Source: an uncultured Candidatus Saccharibacteria bacterium
GTDB taxonomy: Bacteria > Patescibacteriota > Minisyncoccia > Phycocordibacterales > UBA918
Assembly (NCBI GenBank): GCA_964552045.1
Contig: CAZKFF010000001.1
Coordinates: 64,120 to 128,119, forward strand
Direction: 5' to 3'
DNA length: 64,000 nt
The notes under the pieces are model-generated. The model worked only from the letters and a program-made list of their open reading frames with translations. It was not told the origin of the DNA and did not search any database. Of this stretch, positions 1-9,855 are shown one piece after another. Position numbers and translations under genes: made by a program. Within the stretch, counting starts at the first letter, position 1; each line of letters begins with the position of its first letter.

Positions 1-61
1 CGATGAGTCTGTATAGGTTTTACAGACTTCTGGGAACAGCGTGATCACATGAAAATGCATA

Positions 62-493
62 TTAAAATAATTCTTTATATTTATTTAAAAAGAATGGGAA
101 TTGGGAATGCTGCGGATGCGGGATCTCATCAATGGCACACCAGCGCTGTTCTGTACATTTCCCCGGCTCGGTAATAGCAACTTCACTGGGATCAATGCGC
201 GCTTTAAAATCAAACGCTATCCAGTGCGATTTCTTTCCCTGTATCTCTCGGAACACCTCCCGGAAGCCTATAAGTTCGATCGCATACGCTGAAGCGCCGC
301 ACTCTTCTTTGATCTCCCGTCTTACCGCATCTTCAAGGGATTCATGCGGTTCAACACTTCCTCCTCCAGCGGGTTCCCAGCAACCCTGTTCATCTTTGCA
401 TAAAGGCCCGCGCTGCGAGATGAGATATTTTCCTTCCCCATTGTGGCACATAGTTATGACCGATACACCAGTGTAGTCGAAGCCTTTCTGCAT
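62..493 (-). CDS. NUDIX hydrolase
   Basis: 143 aa; Nudix box GSVEPHESLEDAVRREIKEECG. Confidence 0.9.
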   Translation of the reverse strand: MQKGFDYTGVSVITMCHNGEGKYLISQRGPLCKDEQGCWEPAGGGSVEPHESLEDAVRREIKEECGASAYAIELIGFREVFREIQGKKSHWIAFDFKARIDPSEVAITEPGKCTEQRWCAIDEIPHPQHSQFPFFLNKYKELF

Positions 494-507
494 GAATGTA
501 TACTAAC

Positions 508-533
508 ACAAAACCCGCGCAGGCGGGTTTTGT
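508..533 (-). terminator. Intrinsic terminator after khpA
   Basis: ACAAAACCCGC-gcag-GCGGGTTTTGT perfect 11-bp hairpin with T/A runs. Confidence 0.7.
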
Positions 534-560
534 ACCAGATTGAAAACTGGAAATTCCAAT

Positions 561-923
561 TTATATCTTAAGGTCGTCAATTGCCTGGTCGAGTGACTTC
601 GGCTCTGCAGCCATATCACTGGCTCCGCCCATATCTGTTCCCTGATCCTGTGAAAGCGCACTGCGCGGTCCGGTGCCGCCTTCCGGCTCATTGATCTTGA
701 GGTTCACGCGTGCTTCGTTCTTCATTCCCACTACGCGGAGCAATGTGCGGATCGCTTTGGCAGTATTGCCTGAGCGTCCGATGATCTTTCCCATATCCTC
801 TGCATGGACATCAAGCGTCAACAGAACGCCCATTTCGTCTACCGTGCGGGTAATGTGTACGCTGTCCGGATGGTCTACGAGTGCCTTGACTACTGTCTCT
901 AGAAATTGCTGATCTTCTTGCAT
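561..923 (-). CDS. khpA: KH-domain RNA-binding protein KhpA (YlqC family)
   Basis: DMGKIIGRSGNTAKAIRTLL (KH GxxG motif); lies immediately downstream of rpsP as in the conserved rpsP-khpA arrangement. Confidence 0.9.
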   Translation of the reverse strand: MQEDQQFLETVVKALVDHPDSVHITRTVDEMGVLLTLDVHAEDMGKIIGRSGNTAKAIRTLLRVVGMKNEARVNLKINEPEGGTGPRSALSQDQGTDMGGASDMAAEPKSLDQAIDDLKI

Positions 924-1022
924 AGTACGTTTGTATTGAGAACTTTATGACTGATAAGCGTCCGTCACTTCTCTTTCAGTAACGTTGCCACAAACAATAG
1001 TACAAAGAATTATATATGTACG

Positions 1023-1059
1023 TCAACAGCGCCCGGTGCAATGCACCGGGCGCTGTTGA
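1023..1059. terminator. Long hairpin after rpsP (terminator or processing signal)
   Basis: TCAACAGCGCCCGGTGCA-a-TGCACCGGGCGCTGTTGA, perfect 18-bp inverted repeat. Confidence 0.6.
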
Positions 1060-1072
1060 TAAAATAATGGCT

Positions 1073-1489
1073 TTACGCAGCAGTCTCTTCCGTTTTCTCC
1101 TCTGTTGTTGCCTCATCAGGAGTTTCCGCCGTATCGGGAGTCTCCGCTTGTGCTGCAGCCGCCTCAGCTGCTGCCTTTTCCTCCTCCGCCTTCTTCAGAG
1201 CCTCCTCGTCAACAATCGGAGACTTGCGCGGCAGAGGGTTGATCTTCTTGCCATCAATCACCTTCTTGCTTACGAGCATATTGTGGAGCGTTACCGATGG
1301 TTGCACTCCCTGTGAGAGCCAGTGCTTCGCTTTCTCCTCATTGATCTGGAACGTACCTTGCTTCGGGCTGAACGAACCAAGAAGATCCACGTGCTTATTG
1401 CTTTTTGGACCTGTTCGCTTGTCAGTGACCACAATACGATATGAAGGATCGTTTTTGCGGCCGACTCGTTGTAATCGCATCATTAACAT
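1073..1489 (-). CDS. rpsP: 30S ribosomal protein S16 with acidic Ala/Glu C-terminal tail
   Basis: MLMMRLQRVGRKNDPSYRIVVTDKR...WLSQGVQPS; start reassigned to ATG at 1489. Confidence 0.95.
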   Translation of the reverse strand: MLMMRLQRVGRKNDPSYRIVVTDKRTGPKSNKHVDLLGSFSPKQGTFQINEEKAKHWLSQGVQPSVTLHNMLVSKKVIDGKKINPLPRKSPIVDEEALKKAEEEKAAAEAAAAQAETPDTAETPDEATTEEKTEETAA

Positions 1490-1781
1490 AAGTGGCTGAA
1501 ACTGTATCAAAACTGCACAAAAAGTCAAATGAGCAAAGGCCAGTATGGACTATTGCGAATTTGTGCCCCGTCTTTTTTACAAGGAGAGTAAATCGCTGGG
1601 CCAAGGAACTGAGGGCGTCTGCGACATATTCTGCGACATATGTTATGTGTGTCAGAATTTACGCTTTCCGAGAGCCAATATTGACCAAAGAAATAGCAGT
1701 GCCATTGTGGAACACACTGCCCTCTTCACGAATACGGTATACTAAATAATACTCATACGTGCTAGACTCCTTCCACTTTGT

Positions 1782-3737
1782 ATGACACAGCAACAAACAT
1801 ATCAGGGGCCGATCATGGTACGGGCAAAAGGTACCGGCTTTTTGACTGTAGAGGGACTGCCTGAGGACGTCCTCATTCCGCCCGAATCACTCTCCTTCGC
1901 TCTGGATGGAGACATTGTCGAGGTCGCATTGGTTAAAAAAGTGCCCGGCAAACGACAGGAAGGCCGTGTGGTCCGTGTGGTTGAGCCGGCACATGAAGAA
2001 CTCATTGGCACAGTAAAGAAAGAAAAGGATGCCCCTAGGTTCTATCTGTCCCCCGATAACTACCGTATCCATGTCAAACCGCAGCTGCGCGAGGCAAGCA
2101 GTAACGACGAAGGCATGAAGGTGGCGGCCAAGATAATCAAATGGACCGATCCGCTGAAGGATCCCATCGCTGAGATAACTGAGACGCTTGGAAAAGCGGG
2201 TGACCATGAAACAGAAATGCAGGCCATCATCCGCTCAGGCGGATTTTCCGAGAGCTTCAATGAGGCTATACAACAGGCTGGACAGGAGCTCTATGCAAAA
2301 AAAGAAGAGATATTCAGGGAAGCTGTTGAAGCGAGCAAGGGACCACAGCCTTTTCGCCGCGATATGCGAGACCGGACAACAATGACCATTGATCCGGTGG
2401 ACGCAAAGGACTTCGACGATGCGCTCTCCTTCCATGTGCTTCAAAACGGGAATTACGAGGTGGGCATTCACATAGCCGATGTGTCGCATTATGTCCACGA
2501 GGGGGATGTCATCGACAAAGAAGCTCAGGAGCGCGGAACGTCGATTTATCTGGTAGACCGGGTCATCCCTATGCTTCCTGAGGTGCTGTCCAATGATCTC
2601 TGCTCACTGCGGCCCGATGAAGACCGCCTCGCATTCTCTGCAGTCTTTGAAATGGATGCAGACGCCCACATTGTCAGTGAATGGTACGGACAGACCATCA
2701 TCCATTCAAATAAACGGTTCAGCTATGAGGAAGCACAAGGGGTGCTCGATGCCCAGGATGGCCCCTTCCTTGCGGAGCTCTCTACCCTGATGGCCCTTGG
2801 GCGTATTCTGCGCAAAAGGCGCTACCAGGAAGGTGCTATAGCCTTTGATCAGCCGGAAGTAAAATTCAAGCTCGATGAGCACGGTAAACCGATCGCCGTT
2901 GTTGCAAAGGTGCGCACCGAAACCATGCTCATGATCGAAGATTTCATGCTGCTGTGCAATCAGCGTGTTTCAGAACATATCTATACGCTCTGTAAAGACA
3001 AGGGCCGCGATGCGGCATTCATTTACCGCATCCACGATGTACCGAACCCCGATAAGATCGAGGAGCTCTCGCTGTTCATCCATGCGCTCGGCTACGAATT
3101 CGAAACAAAACAAGGAGAGGTGCATGCAAAAGAGATCAACCGGCTTCTGAAGGACATCGAAGGTAAGCCTGAAGAGAATCTCATCAAGACAGCCACTATC
3201 CGCTCGATGGCAAAGGCTGTCTATTCAACGAAGAACATCGGACATTTTGGACTTGCATTCAAATACTATACCCACTTCACCTCTCCTATTCGCCGCTATC
3301 CCGACCTGATGGCACACCGGATGCTGCGGCGACACCTCGATGGATCGCAGATCGGCAAGCAGGAGATGCTCCGGTATGAAAAGCTCGCGATCAAGTCTTC
3401 AAAGCGGGAAATCGAGGCAGTGAAGGCAGAGCGCGATTCGATCAAGTTCAAGCAGGTTGAATACATGCTCGACAAGGTCGGACAGGAGTTCGACGGCGTA
3501 GTTACTGGCGTCACTGACTGGGGTATTTATGTCGAGGAAAAAGAATCCAAAGCAGAAGGTATGGTTCGCCTGGGTAGCCTCCGCAGCGACTATTTCGTCA
3601 TAGACCCGGGCAAATACCGCATCAAAGGAGAGAGGACGGGACAGACCTACTCACTCGGACAGGAAGTGCGCATCAAGCTGGTACGGGCAGACTTGGAAGA
3701 ACGACAGCTCGATTTCGAACTCATCGCTCGTGCTTGA
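1782..3737 (+). CDS. rnr: Ribonuclease R (RNB family)
   Basis: TIDPVDAKDFDDA catalytic motif, HFTSPIRRYPDL, C-terminal S1 domain. Confidence 0.95.
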   Translation: MTQQQTYQGPIMVRAKGTGFLTVEGLPEDVLIPPESLSFALDGDIVEVALVKKVPGKRQEGRVVRVVEPAHEELIGTVKKEKDAPRFYLSPDNYRIHVKPQLREASSNDEGMKVAAKIIKWTDPLKDPIAEITETLGKAGDHETEMQAIIRSGGFSESFNEAIQQAGQELYAKKEEIFREAVEASKGPQPFRRDMRDRTTMTIDPVDAKDFDDALSFHVLQNGNYEVGIHIADVSHYVHEGDVIDKEAQERGTSIYLVDRVIPMLPEVLSNDLCSLRPDEDRLAFSAVFEMDADAHIVSEWYGQTIIHSNKRFSYEEAQGVLDAQDGPFLAELSTLMALGRILRKRRYQEGAIAFDQPEVKFKLDEHGKPIAVVAKVRTETMLMIEDFMLLCNQRVSEHIYTLCKDKGRDAAFIYRIHDVPNPDKIEELSLFIHALGYEFETKQGEVHAKEINRLLKDIEGKPEENLIKTATIRSMAKAVYSTKNIGHFGLAFKYYTHFTSPIRRYPDLMAHRMLRRHLDGSQIGKQEMLRYEKLAIKSSKREIEAVKAERDSIKFKQVEYMLDKVGQEFDGVVTGVTDWGIYVEEKESKAEGMVRLGSLRSDYFVIDPGKYRIKGERTGQTYSLGQEVRIKLVRADLEERQLDFELIARA

Positions 3738-4051
3738 TAGACAACTTCTTAAAGCTGTTGCGCACTACAGATATCTCAAGCTCATCTGTAAGGAACGGCC
3801 ATTTGCTGCGTCACAATAAGTATATGGGTACTACCGGGCACAACGTAACATATTCACTTCCTCTCTATCTGAAGAATATGGCAGTGCTCTGTTTAATGCG
3901 CACGAAGTGGACAACGCGTGCGCTTTGTTCTAGCCGAGATTCCGTTTCTCTCCGGTAATCCCCTCTCAGAAAATGAAACCTCGGCTGGATCAAAGTCGAG
4001 GTATTTTGTACGAAAACCAGCAGCGGCTCTTTCACAGAGGGAGTATATGTC

Positions 4052-4300
4052 ATGCTCATCGACACTGTTTGCCCGGGTGCGAGCGATGCCGAAATGGACT
4101 TCACCGTCCACTTCGTCACCCATGGGAAATTCAAACTCGGGGAGTTTCTTGAGCTGGTGAACGAACGGTATCCGCTGATCGTCACCGAAAAAAGCAGGAG
4201 CGGAGTGACCACGGTCGCTATCCGCATGCGGCATTCGCACCTGCGCCTGCTCATTGCGATACTGCCCAAGTACGTGGGCGTCTCGTATGAACCTGCGTGA
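4052..4300 (+). CDS. Small hypothetical protein (82 aa)
   Basis: GAGGGAG SD-like sequence upstream; ends at the hairpin 4299-4332 facing smc. Confidence 0.45.
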   Translation: MLIDTVCPGASDAEMDFTVHFVTHGKFKLGEFLELVNERYPLIVTEKSRSGVTTVAIRMRHSHLRLLIAILPKYVGVSYEPA

Positions 4301-4332
4301 GCCTGCAAAACATCCGTATGTTTTGCAGGCTC
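4299..4332. terminator. Bidirectional terminator between the small ORF and smc
   Basis: GAGCCTGCAAAACAT-ccgt-ATGTTTTGCAGGCTC inverted repeat. Confidence 0.7.
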
Positions 4333-4336
4333 TTCT

Positions 4337-6613
4337 TTATTTGGCGACAGTGACCGCCTCCTCAAACTTTACCGACAGCAGTTTCGAGACCCCGTCGCCA
4401 CCCATAGTAACGCCGTAGAGTATGCCGGCGCGACTCATGGTCTCGCGGTTGTGCGTAATGAGGATAAGCTGCGACTTCTCCGCAAGCGCCTCGATCATGT
4501 CGCCGTAGCGCCGCGAATTTGCCTCATCAAGTGCCGCATCGGTCTCATCAAGAATGATGAACAGAGGGGGGTTGACCTGGCTCATGGCGAAAATAAGCGC
4601 GATGGAAGTAAGTGCCCGCTCCCCTCCGGAAAGCATATCCAAGCCCCGCACGCGCTTGTTGGGAAGTTTGACGTCAAGCTCGATCCCTTCCTGTACCAGC
4701 TCATCCTCTTCCCCCGCTGCTGGAGCCGTTTCTTCCTCACCTTCTTCAAGTTCATCGTTCTGTTTGCGGATCTTCGGCTTCACACGGAGGAGTTTTGCCT
4801 CACCGCCCCCGAACATCAGCGCGAAGAACCGGTTGAACTCAGCTCCGATCTTTTCAATGCCGGCGACAAACTCGCTATTGAGCGAAGCAGTGAGTTCCGC
4901 GATGAGTTCCTCGAGCTTTGTGATGGAGGCTTCCAGATCGGCTATTTCCCGAACCAGGAATTCATCACGGCCTTTCACTTCCTTGTATTCCTTCTCGACA
5001 TCCTGATCAACGCCGCCAAGCTCTTCAAGGCGTATCTTGAGCTTCTCAAGCTCATGCCGGCGATCCTTCTGCACCTGCCGATCTTCGCTGACTATCTCTT
5101 TGGTACCGACCGGCTTCCCATCCTTCTCTATCTCAAGAGTGAAATATTTTGATGCGCCGCTGCCGATCAGTGCCACCGCCTCCTGCAGTTCCCGTTTGAA
5201 TTCATTGCGGTCACGTTCAAGCGCACCCAATTCTGCATCAATGCGGGAGATGAGATTTTCGCATTCGCGCTGCTCTCCGATGATACGGAACACTTCCCGC
5301 TCGGCATCCCGGCTCTCCGATTGCTCTGCCTCAATGGACCGCCGTATCTCTTCATATGCGGAGGTCAGTTCTGACTCCTCTTTCTCAATATGGACTATGC
5401 GGCTTTCGCATTCCTGTTGTTCCACCTCCAGATCCTGAAGCTCCTTTTCCTCATCCTTGGTGCTCCCGGCAGCAGACCCGGACGCATGCTGCAGCAGTTT
5501 CCGCAACATATGCACCATATCGGCAAACGACCGACGCAGAAAATGGAGGTCTTCACTTGCTGCCGCCTTCTGTGCGGCCACCTCGATCGCATCGAGTACT
5601 TTTTTGAATTCACTGCCCGGAACGGGAGCAACCTCTTCCTGCGCATGTTTCTCTTTCATCTGGGTAATGCGGCGCTTCAGGAAGAGCACCTGTCCCTCCA
5701 CCGTCCCGCTCTTGCGCAACAGTTCCTGGCGCTTCTTGCGCACAGCCGATATCTTTTCTTCAAGGTCCATCAGCGTCTTGCTCTTCTCGTCATTCTCGCT
5801 TGCAGCGAGCACTGACTTTGCTTTGCCCAGTTCCTGGGTAAGCGCGTGGAGCTTCTGCGTCGGCTCATCCTTCTGTGCGGTAAGCCTGTCGTGATGGAAT
5901 GCTATATACGTGTCCTCACGTTTGAGATATTCCGCATACACTGCCGTCAACTCCTGCCGCAGCTGCAAGGCACGCTCTATCTTCTTCAATTGCCGCTCCA
6001 AAAACTGCAGATGTGGCGCGACCTCGCGGCGCAGCGACTGCACCCGCCCAACGTTTTCACGGGTTTTCTCCAGTTTCCTTTCTGCCTCGTTCTTCTTGTA
6101 TTGATATACCTTCAGCCCCAAAGCATCCTCGATCATTTCTCTGCGCTCCTGGTTTGAAGCTGAAAGGATGCGGTCCGCCTCACCCTGGGAAATGATATGG
6201 TGGCCTGTTGAACCAATATTTGCTGCAGCGAGCAGCTCCTGAACGTCTTTCAGGCGGACCTTCGAGCTATTGATTGCATACTCATTGGTACCGTCGCGGT
6301 TGACCGTACGTTCAATGAGGATCTCATCGAAATCCATCTGGAACACTCTTTGTGTGTTGTCGAGGACCACACTGACCTGCGCACGGTTGCCGCGTGAGAC
6401 GCTGTCCGAGCCGTTGAATATGAGGTCCTCACCTCTCTTGCCGCGCATCGATTTTATGGATTGCTCACCCAATACAAAGCGAAACGCTTCAGCGACATTT
6501 GACTTGCCAGAACCATTTGGACCCACGATCGCAGTTATGGGCGCACTGAATTCAAGCTCGCTCTTCTTAGCAAATGATTTGAAACCACTGATTGTGAGGT
6601 GTTTAAGATACAT
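4337..6613 (-). CDS. smc: SMC-family chromosome segregation ATPase, short form (758 aa)
   Basis: N-terminal GFKSF and Walker A GPNGSGKS, Q-loop IISQG, long coiled coil, signature LSGGE, Walker B ILDE, ITH. Confidence 0.9.
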   Translation of the reverse strand: MYLKHLTISGFKSFAKKSELEFSAPITAIVGPNGSGKSNVAEAFRFVLGEQSIKSMRGKRGEDLIFNGSDSVSRGNRAQVSVVLDNTQRVFQMDFDEILIERTVNRDGTNEYAINSSKVRLKDVQELLAAANIGSTGHHIISQGEADRILSASNQERREMIEDALGLKVYQYKKNEAERKLEKTRENVGRVQSLRREVAPHLQFLERQLKKIERALQLRQELTAVYAEYLKREDTYIAFHHDRLTAQKDEPTQKLHALTQELGKAKSVLAASENDEKSKTLMDLEEKISAVRKKRQELLRKSGTVEGQVLFLKRRITQMKEKHAQEEVAPVPGSEFKKVLDAIEVAAQKAAASEDLHFLRRSFADMVHMLRKLLQHASGSAAGSTKDEEKELQDLEVEQQECESRIVHIEKEESELTSAYEEIRRSIEAEQSESRDAEREVFRIIGEQRECENLISRIDAELGALERDRNEFKRELQEAVALIGSGASKYFTLEIEKDGKPVGTKEIVSEDRQVQKDRRHELEKLKIRLEELGGVDQDVEKEYKEVKGRDEFLVREIADLEASITKLEELIAELTASLNSEFVAGIEKIGAEFNRFFALMFGGGEAKLLRVKPKIRKQNDELEEGEEETAPAAGEEDELVQEGIELDVKLPNKRVRGLDMLSGGERALTSIALIFAMSQVNPPLFIILDETDAALDEANSRRYGDMIEALAEKSQLILITHNRETMSRAGILYGVTMGGDGVSKLLSVKFEEAVTVAK

Positions 6614-6633
6614 TGCAGCTGGTCCGCTCCACC

Positions 6634-7497
6634 TTAATTGACAAAGATGATATACGCATCGTCAAGGTCGATCTCATCATTGATCCAATTGTATGCTCCC
6701 TGCGTGTAATAGGAACTCTGGGTGTAGTAAGACGTCTGGGTGTAGTAGGATGTCTGCGCATAATAATTTCCCTGGATGTAGTACGAGGTCTGCGCATAAT
6801 ATGAAGTCTGCGTGTAGTACGAGGTCTGCATATAGTACGAAGACTGCATGTAGTATGAACTCTGTACATAGTACGAACCCTGGGCATAGTACCCGGATTG
6901 TGAGTAGTACCCGCTTTGGCTGTAGTAGCCTGATTGCGAGTAGTACCCACTTTGGCTGTAGTACCCGCTCTGACCATAGTAGCCGCTCTGCCGATAGTAT
7001 CCTGACTGTGAGTAATACCCGCTCTGGCCGTAACCCGCATACGCAACCGGCAGGAACGAATCGTCTTCAAGGTTAAGCTCTTCTTCCCCGCATACATCGG
7101 TGTAGTTCCCGTTCCCTTCAGACTCCATGTTCTGGACAATGATGACATCCCTGGTTTCGCCATTGCATTCAAAATCAGAGAAATACCAATATCCGTAGTT
7201 GCTTTTATCTCCGAGTGGGTCTTTGTTTATTTCAGGCAAGAACGGAGCAAGTTCGTCATCGATCGCCTCCCCTACGCCTATCTCTACCCCGTCGCTGAAT
7301 TCAGGGTATTCACCGTTCGCTTCTTTGTAGAGGCGAACCCCGAGCTTGAGCTGTTCAAGGTCATTCACCCGCGCTGTATCACGCGCTTCTTTCCGTGCGT
7401 TGCTGAAAACAGTGAAGGCAAGCACTGCCAGAGTAATGATGATGCCGACAACAGTCATCACTTCAACAAGTGTAAAACCTGTTCTTCTCATTAGCAC
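6634..7497 (-). CDS. Type IV pilin/pseudopilin carrying a 19x YxQxxY repeat insertion
   Basis: Class III signal G/FTLVE plus hydrophobic helix and ARDTARVNDL; paralog of 7544-8032; start may be ATG 7491. Confidence 0.85.
   Translation of the reverse strand: MLMRRTGFTLVEVMTVVGIIITLAVLAFTVFSNARKEARDTARVNDLEQLKLGVRLYKEANGEYPEFSDGVEIGVGEAIDDELAPFLPEINKDPLGDKSNYGYWYFSDFECNGETRDVIIVQNMESEGNGNYTDVCGEEELNLEDDSFLPVAYAGYGQSGYYSQSGYYRQSGYYGQSGYYSQSGYYSQSGYYSQSGYYSQSGYYAQGSYYVQSSYYMQSSYYMQTSYYTQTSYYAQTSYYIQGNYYAQTSYYTQTSYYTQSSYYTQGAYNWINDEIDLDDAYIIFVN
6691..7032 (-). repeat. 18-bp coding tandem repeat, 19 units (YGQSGY/YSQSGY grading to YTQTSY)
   Basis: Counted in translation; 342 nt; codons vary between units. 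Confidence 0.95.
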
Positions 7498-7543
7498 AAT
7501 AATATCATCCGTAGAGCACTAAAAAAGAGCGACCGGGGGAATA

Positions 7544-8032
7544 TCAGTCCTTCAGTACGATAATGTACGACCCTGACCCTGCCACGGTCGCATCGGGACT
7601 TGCATCTGTACAAACAGTTGCAAAGTTCGCGTTCTTTGAAAGTTCCATGTTGCGGGCAAAAATGACATGCTGGCCGGATTCAGAACAGGTGAAATCAGAA
7701 TCGTACCAGTAGCTGTATTGGGTGCCCTCCGCTGCCCGCTTCGGATCACTGTAGATATTGCCGTTGAAAAGCCGGATATCGTCATCGAGATCACCGCCCA
7801 TCCCGATTTCAACCCCATTATCGAACGATGGGTAATCCCTGTATTTCTCCTTATAGAGCGTGAGGGCGAACTGGATATTGGTCAGATCAGAGACACGTTT
7901 TTCTTCGCGCGTTTTCTGCCGTGCCTGGGACATCGAGGCAAGCACGATGGTGAGTATGATCATGATGAGAGCGATCACAACCGCAAGTTCAACAAGTGTG
8001 AACCCGTCTTTTGTCTTCGCAATCTGTCGCAT
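7544..8032 (-). CDS. Type IV pilin/pseudopilin (GspG/PilA-like)
   Basis: DG/FTLVELAVVIALI, ARQKTREEKRVSDL, two Cys in the globular head. Confidence 0.9.
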   Translation of the reverse strand: MRQIAKTKDGFTLVELAVVIALIMIILTIVLASMSQARQKTREEKRVSDLTNIQFALTLYKEKYRDYPSFDNGVEIGMGGDLDDDIRLFNGNIYSDPKRAAEGTQYSYWYDSDFTCSESGQHVIFARNMELSKNANFATVCTDASPDATVAGSGSYIIVLKD

Positions 8033-8098
8033 GCCTTAATCCTATCATGCACTTACTGTGCAAAACTGAGATAGCCACCAGGCCCAAGGCTGCATAAT

Positions 8099-8821
8099 TT
8101 ACCAGCCTTTCTGCTCGATCGCTTTCAGCGCTGCTTCCTGTTCAGCCTCCTGTTTCGCCCGTCCCTTCCCTTCGCCTACCTTTTCTTTCCCGAGAAAAAC
8201 GCCAACAGTGAATACGCGGTCATGGTCTGGTCCTTCCTGGCTGAGCGTAGCATAGGTCGGCGTCAGGTTTGTGTGTTCCTGCGCCAGCTCCTGAAACCTG
8301 CTTTTTGGATCTTGCCACAGGCGCTTCTCCACTATCTCATCAGTTTTGCTGAACAACTGATCAGCGATGAATTTCTGGGCGATGCCGTACCCCTGATCCA
8401 CGTACAAAGCTCCAATGAATGCTTCGAATGCATTTGCCAGAATATACTGCCGTGCTCTTCCAACATCCTTTGATTCGCCTTTGGACATCAGGAGATAATC
8501 ATTGACGCCGAGCTTCGTCGAGGCATTGGAAAGCGAGACCGTATTGACAAGCGCCGACCTGATGGCGGTAAGCTCGCCTTCCGGCTTATCTGGATACTTG
8601 CGGAACAGGAAATCCGTCACCACAAGCTCCAACACTGCATCCCCAAGGAATTCGAGCCGTTCGTTGTGGTCTTGCTTAGCATCGCGGTGCTCATTGAGAT
8701 ACGAACGGTGTGTTATGGCGGTCAACAGGTGCATTTTGTCATTGAACACAAAACCGAGCACGCGTTCAAGTGCGAGCAGGTCAGCTTCAATGTTCCGTTC
8801 ATCGCTTTCTTTTTGAGCCAT
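8099..8821 (-). CDS. rnc: Ribonuclease III
   Basis: NERLEFLGDAVL signature, C-terminal dsRBD (GPDHDRVF...KQEAEQEAA). Confidence 0.97.
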   Translation of the reverse strand: MAQKESDERNIEADLLALERVLGFVFNDKMHLLTAITHRSYLNEHRDAKQDHNERLEFLGDAVLELVVTDFLFRKYPDKPEGELTAIRSALVNTVSLSNASTKLGVNDYLLMSKGESKDVGRARQYILANAFEAFIGALYVDQGYGIAQKFIADQLFSKTDEIVEKRLWQDPKSRFQELAQEHTNLTPTYATLSQEGPDHDRVFTVGVFLGKEKVGEGKGRAKQEAEQEAALKAIEQKGW

Positions 8822-8862
8822 AGTTCTGTGTAGCTCAACGCTACCACGTTTTAAAAAATGCG

Positions 8863-9768
8863 CTACTTCCTGCTATTGTTTGCAACAAGCATCGTCACCG
8901 CCTTGGTCACAATGGGCAGAATGTCCTCATAGAAATTGAGATCGAGTATCTCGGCAACCTTGAACCATTTCGCGTCATCAAGGCCACCTTTATTCTCCAA
9001 AGTAAGCTCAGTATATCCGCTTCGGGCGAGGAAATACGTGACCTGCTTCCGCACTTTGCCGAGTTCTGGGTGCGATGCCACGTATTCATTCTTGCCAAGT
9101 TCACCTTCGAGGATAACATCGACGCCGATCTCTTCTTTGATCTCACGCATGGCGCCGGCCTCGACTGTTTCACCCTCCTCGATCTTCCCCTTTGAGAGAG
9201 TCCAGTGTCCGAAGATATCGTGAACCAGAGCCAGATAGATGTCACCATCAGACTCCGAATACACCACAGCACCCGACAGACGTTGTATCGGCATCTTTTC
9301 AAAAGGAATATCCTTCCGCGGCCGTTTGCCCGTCTCATCCTTCCCCGGCTCGCCTATCTCCTTATACACTGCACCGAGCACGCCGTTGACGAACCGGCTG
9401 CTGTTCTCGCCGCCGAACTGTTTTGCAAGTTCTATTGCTTCGTTGATGGCGACCTTCGCAGGCACCTCTTTCCGGTCAGCAAAAAGAAGCTCGTAGAGTC
9501 CCAAGCGCAATATATTTCTATCTACCGGTGAAATACGGTCAATGGGCCACTCGGGAGCAGCCTTTTCGATCACCTGGTCGAGTTCCGGCTGCTTGCCAAG
9601 TACGCCGTCAAGAAGCTTCTCAATAAACGGTGCGTCGGTCTTGTTCGGGGCAAACTCGGATATGTTGCGTTCCAAAACGTCTGCTACGCCCTTCTTTTCA
9701 ATATCATTTAAATCCCACTCAAAAAGTGTCTGAAGAACGATAGACCTGCTTAAATGTCGATTTGCCAT
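8863..9768 (-). CDS. nusB: Transcription antitermination factor NusB fused to a C-terminal NUDIX domain
   Basis: NRHLSRSIVLQTLFE, VDRNILRL, VAINEAIELAK, FVNGVLG; then Nudix box GKIEEGETVEAGAMREIKEEIG. Confidence 0.9.
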   Translation of the reverse strand: MANRHLSRSIVLQTLFEWDLNDIEKKGVADVLERNISEFAPNKTDAPFIEKLLDGVLGKQPELDQVIEKAAPEWPIDRISPVDRNILRLGLYELLFADRKEVPAKVAINEAIELAKQFGGENSSRFVNGVLGAVYKEIGEPGKDETGKRPRKDIPFEKMPIQRLSGAVVYSESDGDIYLALVHDIFGHWTLSKGKIEEGETVEAGAMREIKEEIGVDVILEGELGKNEYVASHPELGKVRKQVTYFLARSGYTELTLENKGGLDDAKWFKVAEILDLNFYEDILPIVTKAVTMLVANNSRK

Positions 9769-9855
9769 AAAAAATGTACTAACTTCTACTGAGACCAGTG
9801 TACAACACCCCTCTCAAACAAAAAACCGGCGGGGGCCGGAATTTTGTGGATTAGG

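Noticed and set aside
4451-6641. Long antisense ORFs over smc (and likewise over dnaE, gyrB, pheT, prfA and the giant gene)
   Set aside because: Shadow ORFs of strongly supported genes, with no motifs or start signals
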